DNA of 64,000 nt. Origin: Eledone cirrhosa. Lineage: Eukaryota. The notes beneath the pieces were generated by a model. The model saw nothing but the letters and a program-made list of their open reading frames with translations. It was not told the DNA's origin and ran no database searches. Location of the stretch: the NCBI GenBank assembly GCA_964016885.1, contig OZ024740.1:351664001-351728000 (forward strand), read 5' to 3'. Shown here piece after piece: positions 14,572 to 27,616 of the stretch (within the stretch, counting starts at the first letter, position 1; the number at the start of each line of letters is the position of its first letter). The translations under genes were made by a program, and so were the position numbers.

Positions 14572-14771
14572 NNNNNNNNNNNNNNNNNNNNNNNNNNNNN
14601 NNNNNNNNNNNNNNNNNNNNNNNNNNNNNNNNNNNNNNNNNNNNNNNNNNNNNNNNNNNNNNNNNNNNNNNNNNNNNNNNNNNNNNNNNNNNNNNNNNNN
14701 NNNNNNNNNNNNNNNNNNNNNNNNNNNNNNNNNNNNNNNNNNNNNNNNNNNNNNNNNNNNNNNNNNNNNNN
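14572..14771. other. Assembly gap (200 N)
   Basis: Run of N. Confidence 1.
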
Positions 14772-15682
14772 GTTTTATTTAGTTTGAGAGGGGGAGAGGG
14801 GGATATGGGGTGAATGAGAGGGGGAGTAGTATTTCCCCACTGTATATAGAGAGCATAACAAACAGATTAACAGATATGGCTCTTATTATTGTATAGATTT
14901 TCCTAGGCTGTCATGGTAGGGGATATATCTTCATCATTATAGACAATTATTCGAGCCCTTGCCAGAATTATTGCTATAGTTCAGAATCCTAGCAGTATAT
15001 ATCTTACATTGTGTTGCTGTTGTTAAGCCCCAAGTCACCCCCGATTAAGCTAAGTGATGATCAAAAGCATTCCAACCATAGCTACTTAATAATGTTATTT
15101 AGACATTGCATCCAGGCACCTTTATCCAATGTGTTCTTCCTTTTTTAAGATGGTAGGGTATAATTTGAGTGATATTTCCACTATGTGGAGGCTCCCTTTA
15201 AATATATTTAAATCACTTGGTGTTAAATAAATTTTACAAAGTGTTTGTGATATTATTGAAGCTTCATGATTGGCCTATTGTACCCATAAGATTTGGAGTT
15301 ACTGCTCAACATACTATCCAAACCTTGAGCAGAACCCACTCTAAAGCATGTAGGGTCAGTTGGAACATTATCTTTTATTTGTATCTAAGATAACAAAGTC
15401 TGTAGAATTGATAGTAAGAGAAAAATTAAAGAAGCTGGAACGTTTTTTTCCTGAGAGTTCCTTATACTTTGAAGAAGGGAATTTCAAGTCCCAAAATATT
15501 AGGACGAAGGAAACAACAGCAACAAAAAACAAAAGAACAAACAAACAAAGATTATGAGGTAACTTACTTTTTCATTACCTCCATCTTACAGACCATTTTG
15601 CATTGTTTAGCCTTATATCACCTTCCACATTAAATTTTATTGATGTGAACTTATAATGTAAAGAAGTGAATTGGGTAGAAGT

Positions 15683-15721
<39 letters not shown>

Positions 15722-17529
15722 GTTTAATGTCCATCTTCCACGCTAGCATGGGTTAGATGGGAGTTGTCCCACTTGAGGCAAGGTTGGTCGGATGACCGTG
15801 TCTCGCTCATATAGGACTATCTGGCAGGTTTTCTACGGCTGGATGCCCTTCCTAACACCAACCACATTTATAGTGTGGAACTGGGAACTTTTTACCGTGT
15901 TAACTACACAGCATAGTTTATATATATTTATATCTTCTTAGGTACAGCATCTCAGTCAGAACAACCAGTTGTAATATAATTGAACCCACTTACCACAAAT
16001 ATTTATCAATTTCTAAGAATCTTTGACTACACATACAACAGATTTATGAGTTTATATATAAAATAAACTGAAAATGGGCTTATGATCTGGTATACAAGAT
16101 AATAAGGAAAATATATGTATGCTTGACCCTTGCAGGCATACTCACTAATCTACATGTCTTTTCTTGATCATAAGCACACACACACACAGAGTATCGTCTC
16201 ACATTCTAAATATAGGGAGTGGAAGAACCTCAACTAATAGAACCTATCCTCACTGTCACAAGATTCCATTTGAGAAGTGTTCAAATACAGAAGAGCTAGA
16301 AAGGGAGAGAGAGTTGATTTAAATAGTTTGGCTAAGTCAGCTTCCACACAGTTTCTGTCAACTAAATATTACTGGTAAAACTTTAGTCAGCTCAACACTA
16401 TGGTAGAAGAGATTTGCTCAGTGTGTTATGCTATGGGATTGAACCAGAAAGAAATCATATAGTGGCAAGGTGAACTTCTTAAACACATAGTCATCCCTGC
16501 ACCCATACATATTGTTGAAGAAGTTTGATTAGGATCGCATGAATAGCTGTTTAAATCATAGCCACTATGTCAGGTGTATTCCTGGTTACATGCACAGGAG
16601 ACTGATTTACACTAAGCACAGTAAGATGATGTTATGTACGAAAGGAAGCCCATTACCTCTAAACCACTTACCTGGATCTATAGAATGAATGCACATACAA
16701 CAAATTTGTCTATTGAGCTAAACATATGGAAACTGTCACTACATTGTCAAACACAATTAGATGTACTGCAGAAGTTGAGAAAAGACAATGAAGTAGTTGT
16801 GTTTTTATATATATTATTTATACGTATTTTTTGTCTTTAAAAGATGTGTTTAAAGCTTATGAGATATAAGATAAAAATTTAAAATCCCGAGGATTAAGAA
16901 AATAAGAGAAATAGTCTTTGATTTTGAATATTTATCAGTTTCCACCACTTCATTTAGATATAGGCTTGCACATTTGAAATGTATATATTGTGTGGTGTAT
17001 GACAGAGCTTTTCATACAAGATAGCAGGATTATTTAATTAAAAATAACACTGTAGGACTGTAAAAGTCAAACAAAAGATTGCAATAGAATTATGTAGATT
17101 GTGTGTGTGAGAGAAACATATTTCTTATTAATAGTAACTGTTTACTTCAAAGGTTTGCTAAAACTATTGCCTTCTCAAAAACAGTTTTGAGAAGCCAACA
17201 GTTTCAGCAAACCTTCAAAGTAAAGTCAGAATTAATAATGGTTTCCTATTTAGGCATGAGGCCAACAATTTTGAAAGAGAGGAAAGACAAACCATTTGTT
17301 TGTTTTATTTAAGATTGTTTCAGCCCCACATCTGAAAAGAGGGTATTAGCCCTGAAATATCATGCCATAATACACTGGGTAAAGCATTACTTTACTTTGT
17401 TTTGTTTCATTTGCCCTTCGTATTTTCTATCACCTTGTACCAACTTAAAAAAAACCCAACTTATCGGTCATTTGTTACATATCTCACAATGCTTCATATT
17501 AACTACACTACACACACACACACTCTCTC

Positions 17530-17605
<76 letters not shown>

Positions 17606-19913
17606 CACACACAGTTTTAAATTCTAGTCTAAATAAAACTAATAGCAAATTTGTAATGACTGTATTATTTATACTTTCTGAATAAAAGTATTCATGAACT
17701 GATTATAGCTTATGCATTTTAGCTTATTCAGGAAATTATTGTGACTTACAAATGATTACAGAGCATTTTCTTTATAATCAATCAGAAGCATCATGGCATA
17801 CATTTATCTATCTATCTTGGATAAATGCCTCAGGTAGTATACTTAGCCAACAGAATTTAGTTGAAAAGAAAGCTCTTTTAATACATACACTTTCAATATT
17901 ACAGTGAATGGTTTGTTGGAATTCTCTTCCAGCTCATATGTCCAATGAGACTGTTGTTCAGAAATGTCTTTTTAAATTCTTTTGATACTGAATCACCTAT
18001 AATTACCCTCATTCAATGATACTAAGTTGTTTGATTTAAGTGTTTAAATTTAGCTAAAATCTTACCATCATAATTTTATGTAAGAACCTCTGTTAAGTTA
18101 CGTTCCAAATACCAGCTTACTAATGTTACTAAATTATACCAAATTGTTGATATTTTCAAAATTAATTGAAAATTATAAGCAGTGTCTTCCATTTGAAATA
18201 TGGAAACAATAGGGTTAAAATCATTCATTTTGTCATTGTTTTGGAGATTCACAACTGAATCATTATGATGTCTCACTGGCATAAAAATACAACCTAATCC
18301 AAAATATTTTCATTCTAATTTGTCCTATCATTAGCATACTATCAAATAGCATCACCTATCCAACTATGTATATGTATATAATGGTTTTTGATTTAGACAC
18401 AAGACCAACAATTTTGTTGGAGGGGGAAAGTGCATTACTGATACTTTATTTTATCGACCCCATAAGGATGAAAGTAAAAGCTAACCTCGGCAAGATTTGA
18501 ACCCAGAACGCAAAGGGATGTAACTCTATGCTGCAAAGCATGGTATCTGACGTTCTACTGATACTGCCAATCCACCATTAAAAAAAATGACTGCTGCTGT
18601 AAACAGTGAAATCACTGTATAATTGATGAACACTTTGTAATTAAATGGTGTCAATTTTAAATTTTCTTATTAATATACTTCAGAAATGGATGTATATCCT
18701 CATCGTTTCATGTCCATTTTTCCATGGGTTATATAGTCATATCTGTCTTATTTATGTCACATGAAAATAAAATATTTAATAGACTCCCAGTTATTAGTTT
18801 CAGATGTTATTCCTGGCTTGGCTCAGGAATAACATTCTAAGATCATTGAAGGGAATACTGATACAAACATTGTGTGAGAATCTAAGATGAAGAACACTGA
18901 AACTGGTGAAAATAGTCTGAAAATGACTATAAGCATTAACTACTTATCTGAATATAATAAAATTAAAAAAATACACATAATTACCAGTCATATGTAGAGG
19001 GAATAAAACACTTTAAGAGCAATGAATCAGTGCCAAGATACTCATATATTACTATCATCAACATATTCCTTTCATATCCATTGGAAGAGCAATGAAGATG
19101 ACGCGATAGAAGGTAAGCACTTTGAAGCAATTAATAAGCATGATCAGAGAGAACACACTTAAAGATATAAGCCAAGAGAATGAAAATAAACACACTTAGT
19201 TTAGAGTAAGATAGTTTGTATCAATGGAGGGAGGGGAACTGTTAAATTACAAGTTTCCTGTTAAAAACAAACAAACAACTCTAAATCACAAACTATTGCT
19301 AGACTTACAATCACTTGATGGCACAGTGGTGATGTTTGCTGAAAGAAATTTGAAGTGATTTAGTACTGAAGGAAAAAAACAAAAGTGAATTATATAAAAA
19401 GTTAGGCTTTTACCTCAGAATATTTGATATCAACAAATAGCGTCAAGTATTTCCTAATCATATGTTTTTTTTTACTCGATTTCTGTATGGGTTAGATACG
19501 TTTGCCTAACACAACTTCCAGGAAGATTTAGAGAAACTGGAAGTCCACTTTCCTTGGTCCAGTTGCAATACGCAGTGATTATTATGTTAAGAAGTGGACT
19601 TCAGTGTGGATATGTACATGCATCCATCCAGTCATTCATCCTCTCCTTACATAAAAGGTTCTGGGATATATAACACAGAAAAGTATAACATAATACATCA
19701 AATATACTTGGCCAATAGCAGAAATTAGGTCATATCACATTGCAGACACCAGAATGGACTCATTTATCAACACATTTTTTAACTACAGGCAGGGTAAAGA
19801 TCTGGTGGCCCAGCAGCAGTGGAAATAGCAATAAAAGAACAATAGTACCAATACCAGTGGAACAATAAATGAAAGGAACCAACAAATGTCCACAGAAAAG
19901 AACCGCAGTTTAA

Positions 19914-20113
19914 CCTTTTAGCATTTAACCCAACTGTATCTGGCCAGAATTCTCTCACCTCTTTCTGTTCAAACCGGCTGTAACTAGCCACTCATACTGA
20001 TGTTAAGGTATTGTTCTCAAAATAAATAATATCAAAATTTCATAGATTCAATATAATGTGAGATATTATGCGGGATAAAGCCTTTACAATAGTATATTGT
20101 AAATGCTAAAGGG
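19914..20113. mobile_element. piggyBac-like MITE (related remnant near 3455-3648)
   Basis: TTAA on both flanks; TIRs ccttttagcattt / aaatgctaaaggg. Confidence 0.7.
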
Positions 20114-22525
20114 TTAAAGATTCCAGATATTGAAATGTAAACACCTTACAGACTATACCCAAAACATCTTTAGTGATATCAGGTATTTATAATAACATGA
20201 GCAAAACAGGATATAAATGATGTAAATGACAGAAAGATATAGGATATCTATCTACTGCACTGACCAATGAATAAATGATAAATAATTCTAGCAACACATA
20301 TGATTATACAATTAATAATCAGACATAAAATGACAACTAAACTGGCCAATGGTATGTTATATACAAAGTAACACAGGTAAACAACACTGATGCTGACCAA
20401 TAATTTGACAAATGAAATGACAACACCTCAATAAAATTAGGGATCAACCAATGAGAAAGATAGCCATACACAAAGTATAAACTAGCTTCTAAGTGTAAAA
20501 TCAACCTGAATATAAAAAAAAGACAGTTTTTGCCTGATGATTACAATGATGTGACACTCAAGTCATGAGAAAAAACATTCCATATACATAAACAATATAT
20601 TCCATTCCATGTATTGAGTACTCTCTTCCTCTTTCATTGACAAACTGTAACATTTGAATATATATGCATAGGACTAGCATTCAAAATGTTAAGACTCTTT
20701 TCCCACCATATCAAGCATTAAACTAATAATATATTTCTTCATTGTACTGTGTCATTTGCTTTGTTACTTCTGTTTGCCTTTTGTATATATATATATTGAG
20801 AGAGTTCAAAATAAACAAGACAAACAAGTTGAATAAGTCAAGTAAATTACCCTTGGAGAGGAAAAAAAAGATGGATAGAGATGCTTATGGGAATGAAAGC
20901 ATGCATCTGTCATATGTCAAATGGTTACAATAACCATTGTAAGCATTATTACAGATGCCTGACATATGACAGATGTGTGGTTTGATTCTTACAGGTGTAT
21001 CTATTCACCTTTCTTTTGCATCTCCAAGGATAATATACCCAACTGATTTGACTATTATGTAATTAATATATAGATTATGACAGCTTTTCAAAATAGAAAC
21101 AAATAAATTTCAAATTTTCAAACTTGCTCACTTGCCCAATTTTTTCATTAACTTATTGGTGCACACATACACATAGTAAAGTAGTAGATCTAGTTCCATG
21201 ATAAAATACAGTTAGCCCACTTTGTAAAGTGATAGTGCTGGTGATATGATGATAAAATACACTCAGTACATATTGTAAGGTGATTGGCATTAAGAAGAGC
21301 ATCTAGCCATAAAAACCATGCCATAATGGAATGTATAAGTAGGATGTGGTCACCTGGCCTGTCTAGTCTCAGAATATGACAACCCATCCAACACATGTCA
21401 GCATGGAAAACAAATATAAAATGGGGATGAGAATAATATACATGCACACTCACATGCATGCATGCACGCACACACACACACACAGGTATGCATACACATG
21501 CACTCATATATTACTTGAATATCTTTGAATATCATCAGCGATAATAGTAGATTTCCTGATCATGTGAGGAGAGAACAATAATGATTCTCTGGCAGATTCA
21601 ATGTGATTTGATTTCAGAACATAAACATCTATAACTAAATATTAATACTGCCATTAACTCTTCCAATAATTGTATCTACTATTGGCACAAGGCCAGCAAT
21701 TACCCAGTACATTACTGGTACTTTATTTTATCGACAATAATGATTTCTGATTTAGGCACAAGGCTAACAATTTTGGGAGAGGAAAATTTTGATTAAATTG
21801 CCCCCAGTGCATTACTGGTACTTTATTTTATTGATCCCGTAAGGATGAAAGGCAAAGCTTAATGTTGGCAAGATTTGAATTCAGAACATAAAGGTCTGTA
21901 ACTCTATGCTGCTAAGTATGTTGTCCAATGCTCTACCAATCCTGCTAATCCACTACCTTTAACTCCTCTAATAATAATGATTTTTACAAAAAGCACATGG
22001 CTACAAAGTTTAAGATATGGGGTAGTCAATTATACTGAGCCTGACACAGAACTATTACTCATTTTATCAACCCCAAAATGACGAAGGGCAATGTTGACCT
22101 CAATAAGATTTAAACTCATGACGTATTGAAATACTTCAATCTAACAAGCTTTCTATCCACATTCCTTAATAATTGTTTCTACTTTAGGCACAAGGCCAGC
22201 AATTACCCAGTGCATTACTGGTACTTTATTTTATTGACATTCCTTAATAATGATTTCTGATATAGGAAAAAAAGACACACATATTTGGGTCTAAGGAAAA
22301 GTTGATTATATTGACCTCACTACTTTGACAATATATAAATTCAGAACATAAAGAGATATAACTAAACATCACAAGTTTTGTATGTCTTTCTACAGAGTCT
22401 ACCATCCAGTGTCCTTTTAATGATGACATTATAATTGTAATAATATCCTGCATTTTCTATCAGTGTTCATAGACAAAGTAGTGAAAGTTTACAAAGTAAA
22501 ATAATTGCAAATCAAGATTACTTAC

Positions 22526-22569
22526 GGAATAACCTCTCTTGCCATTTTCAAACCTTTTCTTGACTGTAG
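22526..22569 (-). CDS. GRIP1: GRIP micro-exon (44 bp, or 38 bp using the CAG acceptor with exon start 22563)
   Basis: Strong gtaagt donor; (S)TVKKRFENGKRGYS; phase 1 to 0 bridges the phase mismatch between the 24316 and 6594 exons. Confidence 0.7.
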
Positions 22570-23923
22570 CTTAAAAGTATAAATAGTATATTAATAAAAG
22601 AAATAAAAAAGGTATGCAAAAAATACAACTAAATATTGTTATGTTCAATGTGGACATTTCTTTATTTATTTATGTTATCATAAATACCATTATCAGAAAG
22701 AAATTATATTATATATCTGTGTGTGATAATGTATCTATTGTTGCATGTGGTGTTTAGTGTAAACTGATTTTATTTTTATATGTTGTATATAGATGCCTCT
22801 TCTTGTCCTCACCATTTAAGACATCTCATGTAGTTTATCACAATAGAATTAAACTGACAGAATCCACCCTTCTTCAACATATCTTACTTTTTACATGATT
22901 AATGGAATGGGCCTCTGTCAGTTTCAACAATGAATGTTCCAGAACAGCCTATCCTTAATGTAATACACTGGCAGATTCAGTATGACAGTAAGTGACAAGA
23001 CTGTCCCTTTGAATTACAGGTACAACCCATCCAGCAGGCTTCCAAACAGTTTCTGTCTACCCAATTTCACTTAGAAGACATAAGTTAACCTGAAGCTATG
23101 GTAAATAACAATTGACTAATATGCAATGCAGTGGGATTGAACCCATGACCTAATGATTGCAAAGCAATCTTCTTTACTATTTGGCTATGCTGTGTCCATA
23201 TTTTGTATGAATTGCAGATACAAAGAACAAGTTAGGGAAATAACTTTGGCAAGAATAGGTATCGTTGATGCAGCTTACAAGGAACTTTACATCTGTTTAT
23301 GGTAAATACATACTCCGAAAGATTATGCAAATATATAAGGATTTGCCAAATACTCTCAAATGATGCTTGCATAGAAAAATTGTATTAGCCCATTTGTTCC
23401 ATATATCGAATAAAAGACACTGCCAATGATTTTCAAATAATTTTTCAAATAATCAAGAATTTGGAAGGATTTTTCATTATTAAGCTAGAGTTTGGAGCAT
23501 AGCTTAATAAAGATTCTTAAATAAAATTATAACATAAGATTTTTTTTTTTAGATAAATATAAGCATTTTAAAATAAACAGCTTTGTAACATAGAATCAAA
23601 AGGAATTTCAGGGGATGTTGTATCAAATGGGTCAAACTCTGGCAGAGCTATCTATCGTTTCTGTGATCGATATTAGTATATTAAAAAAAAGATACTGTGA
23701 TTGATATCAGTATATCAAAATCAGTGTCTTTTATTGGCATACATTATACAATGGAATGAAGCACATGGAATAAAATGGAATGAGTTGATGCTGACTAACT
23801 TACTAACTCTAGCTATGACTATACTGACTATATACAGTCTACATATTTATATGCCTATATACTAACTACATATTGACTACATACAGACTACATATCTACT
23901 TATTGTCTCCATATTGTCTATAT

Positions 23924-24267
23924 CAGAGGTTCTCAAAATCTTTAGACCACCACCCGCCTCTCGGCCACATAATATCCTCAGCACCACCACCCATATTTCC
24001 AGAGAGATCTGCCTACACACAAATTGTAAATAATATATAATAAATAAAATTGTTAATTTATATATATTAAAAAATATAATATAATATATACTATCATAAA
24101 TAAATATTATATACTTTTTATTTTACTATATTTATATATATTATGAATCATTTGATATTTAATATACTATTATATGATCTCTACTACCCCTTAGGTCGCA
24201 GCATCCCCACCTCTGGACCTTCTCAAAACAACCCAGGGGGTGGTAGTGCCCACTTTGAGAACCTCTG
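23924..24267. mobile_element. hAT-type MITE
   Basis: 14-bp TIR CAGAGGTTCTCAAA; 8-bp TSD gtctatat/gtctatac. Confidence 0.85.
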
Positions 24268-24315
24268 GTCTATACACTGTATTGAAGAATAAACACAACA
24301 CATTCCAATACTTAC

Positions 24316-24458
24316 ATCGCTCCAGTGTTCGTGAGATTTTTAACGTCACCAAATCTCCAGCCAGTTGCAACATGTTTATGGCTTCAGACAAATTACATCC
24401 TCTAGTTGTGTTGCCATTGATTGCCAGAAGCTTGTCTCCAACATGGATGGCACCAGTT
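24316..24458 (-). CDS. GRIP1: GRIP exon: C-terminal half of PDZ6
   Basis: ttaattag acceptor and gtaagt donor; [47 protein letters not shown] continues AER|TGAIH as in GRIP1; phase 2 to 1. Confidence 0.95.
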
Positions 24459-24505
24459 CTAATTAATAAAGCAAACGTAAATACTTATATGAAAAATGTG
24501 GTGTG

Positions 24506-24555
<50 letters not shown>

Positions 24556-27500
24556 TTCTTGGTCACCAACAAACATGTTTATCTTGAAGAAGAATTGTAC
24601 TTGATAACTGTATTTTGTTACATTTCAATATATGACTTGTACCAATGTTACAGACACACACACACAAACGCTAGCCCCTTTCTTCCGTCCATAGGGGTAT
24701 TTTACCAGTCTAAGCTATTATTTATAGCAATTGACTGTATTTAGTTATTTCTGCATTTGAGTCTCTCACATTTTTATAACTCATCAGTGCTTTGAAAGTT
24801 TGATGCTTTATATATAATATATATATATATATACACACATATATGTGTTTGTGCATAGAACATTGAAAAAAAGACAGAAGTCAGCACTAATCTCGCTGTA
24901 ACCATTTTTCCAAGGACACATTGAACCCTAACAGCCTTATCATAAGTGGAATACAATATATATACATTATATATATATATTTAAGCATATATGTATGAGT
25001 GTGTGTGTGTGTGTATGTATATATATAAGCATATATGTATGAGTGTATATATATATGTGTGTGTGTGTGTGTGTATATACATACATATTACAGGGTCGAT
25101 AAAATAAAGTACCAGTAATGTACTGGGTAATTGCTGGCCTTGTGCCCAAAGTAGAAACAATTATTTAATGTTCCTCTTTGAGTGCTGGCATGGATTGGAC
25201 TGAGGTCAACTGTACATTTCACCCACTTGTGAGAGTTGAGAAAAGTAACTCTGGAGACAGAAAAAGTGGGCAGAGGTACTTGTAAGGACTTGAACCCTGC
25301 ATATCTCTCATGGTTATTTCACTTGCTTGGCATCCGAGAGATGTTGTGTTTGATTCCTTGCAGGCAACTCTTTTTGTTTTTTTCCATTTCCAGGGGTACT
25401 TAACTTTAATTTCTCAACTATTATTTAGAGTGATCGACTATTATTATGGTCATTTGTGTTGAGATGCATACATTTCATGTATATATAAATCTGAGAGATT
25501 TCCGTCTGTCTGTCACACAATGTGTGTGTGCGCATGTTTGTGCGAATGCATGTGTGTTTAAAAGGAAGGAAGGGGGGGGGGGTGAAAACTATAGCAAAAC
25601 AGCAGCTGGTGTTACATTTGCTACACTATGTGTATGTGTGTTTCTGTGAATGTATGTGCGTGTGTGTGTGTGTGTGAATGTATGTTTGTGAGTGTGTATT
25701 TTTGTAAGTGTGTCTGTGTTTGTGTGCTTATATTTGTATATTTATACATATAAATGTTTGCAAATGCACATATACACATGCACACACATATACACAAACA
25801 TATCAGCATGTTGAAAAAATCCTAGTATTTCAAATTTTCCCAATGTTTCTTAAGTCAACAAGTTATTTTCACTTCTAACTACAGATTTAAGACCTTCTAA
25901 AAAGACTGAATTAACAACCAGTTGCTATTAATTCGGTCTTTGTTAATGACCTCATCTGACATCCATGAGATGCAGGTTCAATTCCTCTCCCGAAACTCTC
26001 TCCACTTTTTGCTGGGTCCAGGGTTACTTTACCTGATTGCCTCTATCATTTATAGTGAATAACTTTTATTATGGTCATTTAAGTTGGGCTGAACAAATTT
26101 CAATTTATTTCAATATAAATTTATGATAATAAAATAAAAAGGAAACATATTTTGAAAGATATTCTTCAGCATGGCTCATCATTCAAGAAAAAAGAAAATC
26201 CAGAATATTAGTGAATTTACATAAATTATTATCCTTTATCATATTAACAGGAACAAAATAGTAAGCAAAATTTTCTCATGAAAGAGTTATGGAAGCCATT
26301 TAAAGCATACATATGCTTTTAAGTAAATATACCAGCATATAAAGGTGTTAACTCTTTCGCGAATCATTTCAGTTTCAATACACCACATGATCTCTGATCA
26401 AGTTTCCTGCTAAACAAGTTTAAAATATCAAGCAGATACCCAAAGTGTATTTATATTTATCAAGCTAACAGTTATACTATTATGGCTACAACAACTACTA
26501 CTGTTAATACTGCTGCTGTACATTTTTTTGTTTTTGTTTTTTGTCTTTTGTTTCCTATACGTGAGAGCAGATAACTGTTGAGATCATGTCTTCATATTTG
26601 AGTCTTTTATTGACATTCTTCTCAGTAATGTACTAATCCAATACAAATGAAAATCTCTTTAAAATTACACTCTGCCATCTTGTAAGATAGTGTGGCCTTT
26701 GATTATAGATCTGACCTGAGCCTAAAGAAATATATCCAATTCAATCCAAAATTGATGTGGAAATGGCTATTACTAGCAGAAACTTGAATAACAACTGAAG
26801 ACTATGTACCCTCTATCTGAAAGCTGTGAATCTTCTTTGAACATCTATATTTATCCAAACAATACAGGGGATTAAACCAGGAAAAATCTTTAAATATAAC
26901 AGACTAATGCTCTGATAAAGGCTTGTTAATTGAAAGGCATTGCAGAATAGATTTATTTAACCTCTCTGTAACCATATTAAAAAAATAAATTAAATAAAAC
27001 AATGCTTATGATTTTCAAATAATTTTTTAAATAATCAAGAATTTGGAGAGATTTAGTATTATCACTAACTTTGTCATTATTAAATTGCCATTTGGAGCAT
27101 AATTTAAAAGTTCTTACATAAAATCTAACATATGATTGAAGTTTTTTACAGAAATATAAACATTTAAAATAAATAGTTTTGTATCATAGAATCAGGAGCA
27201 GTTTCAAGCAGTTTGGTATCAAATGGTTTAATCATGCCACAGGCATTTTTAAAAATAAACAAATCATTCAAACTTTCAGCCCTATACAATTCCTCCTTTC
27301 CAGTCATTTTCTGTACAATTGTAGATATAATTGGCTAATATCCCACATGGTAATAACTATTTAGAATAAAAGAATAAATCTTCTATGTGCTAATTTATAT
27401 TTGTGAAATCTCTATCAACCATATGATGTATGAATATATCCTATACAAAGTTACATATCAGATATTATTATTATGGTCAGACATGCTTTCCAGCATAGTT

Positions 27501-27616
27501 ACGTCCCTTTATAATCTGAGTTAAAATCCCACCGAGGTTAACTTTGCCTTTCATCCATACGGGGTCGATAAAATAAAGTACCAGTAATGTACTGGGTAAT
27601 TGCTGGCCTTGTGCCA

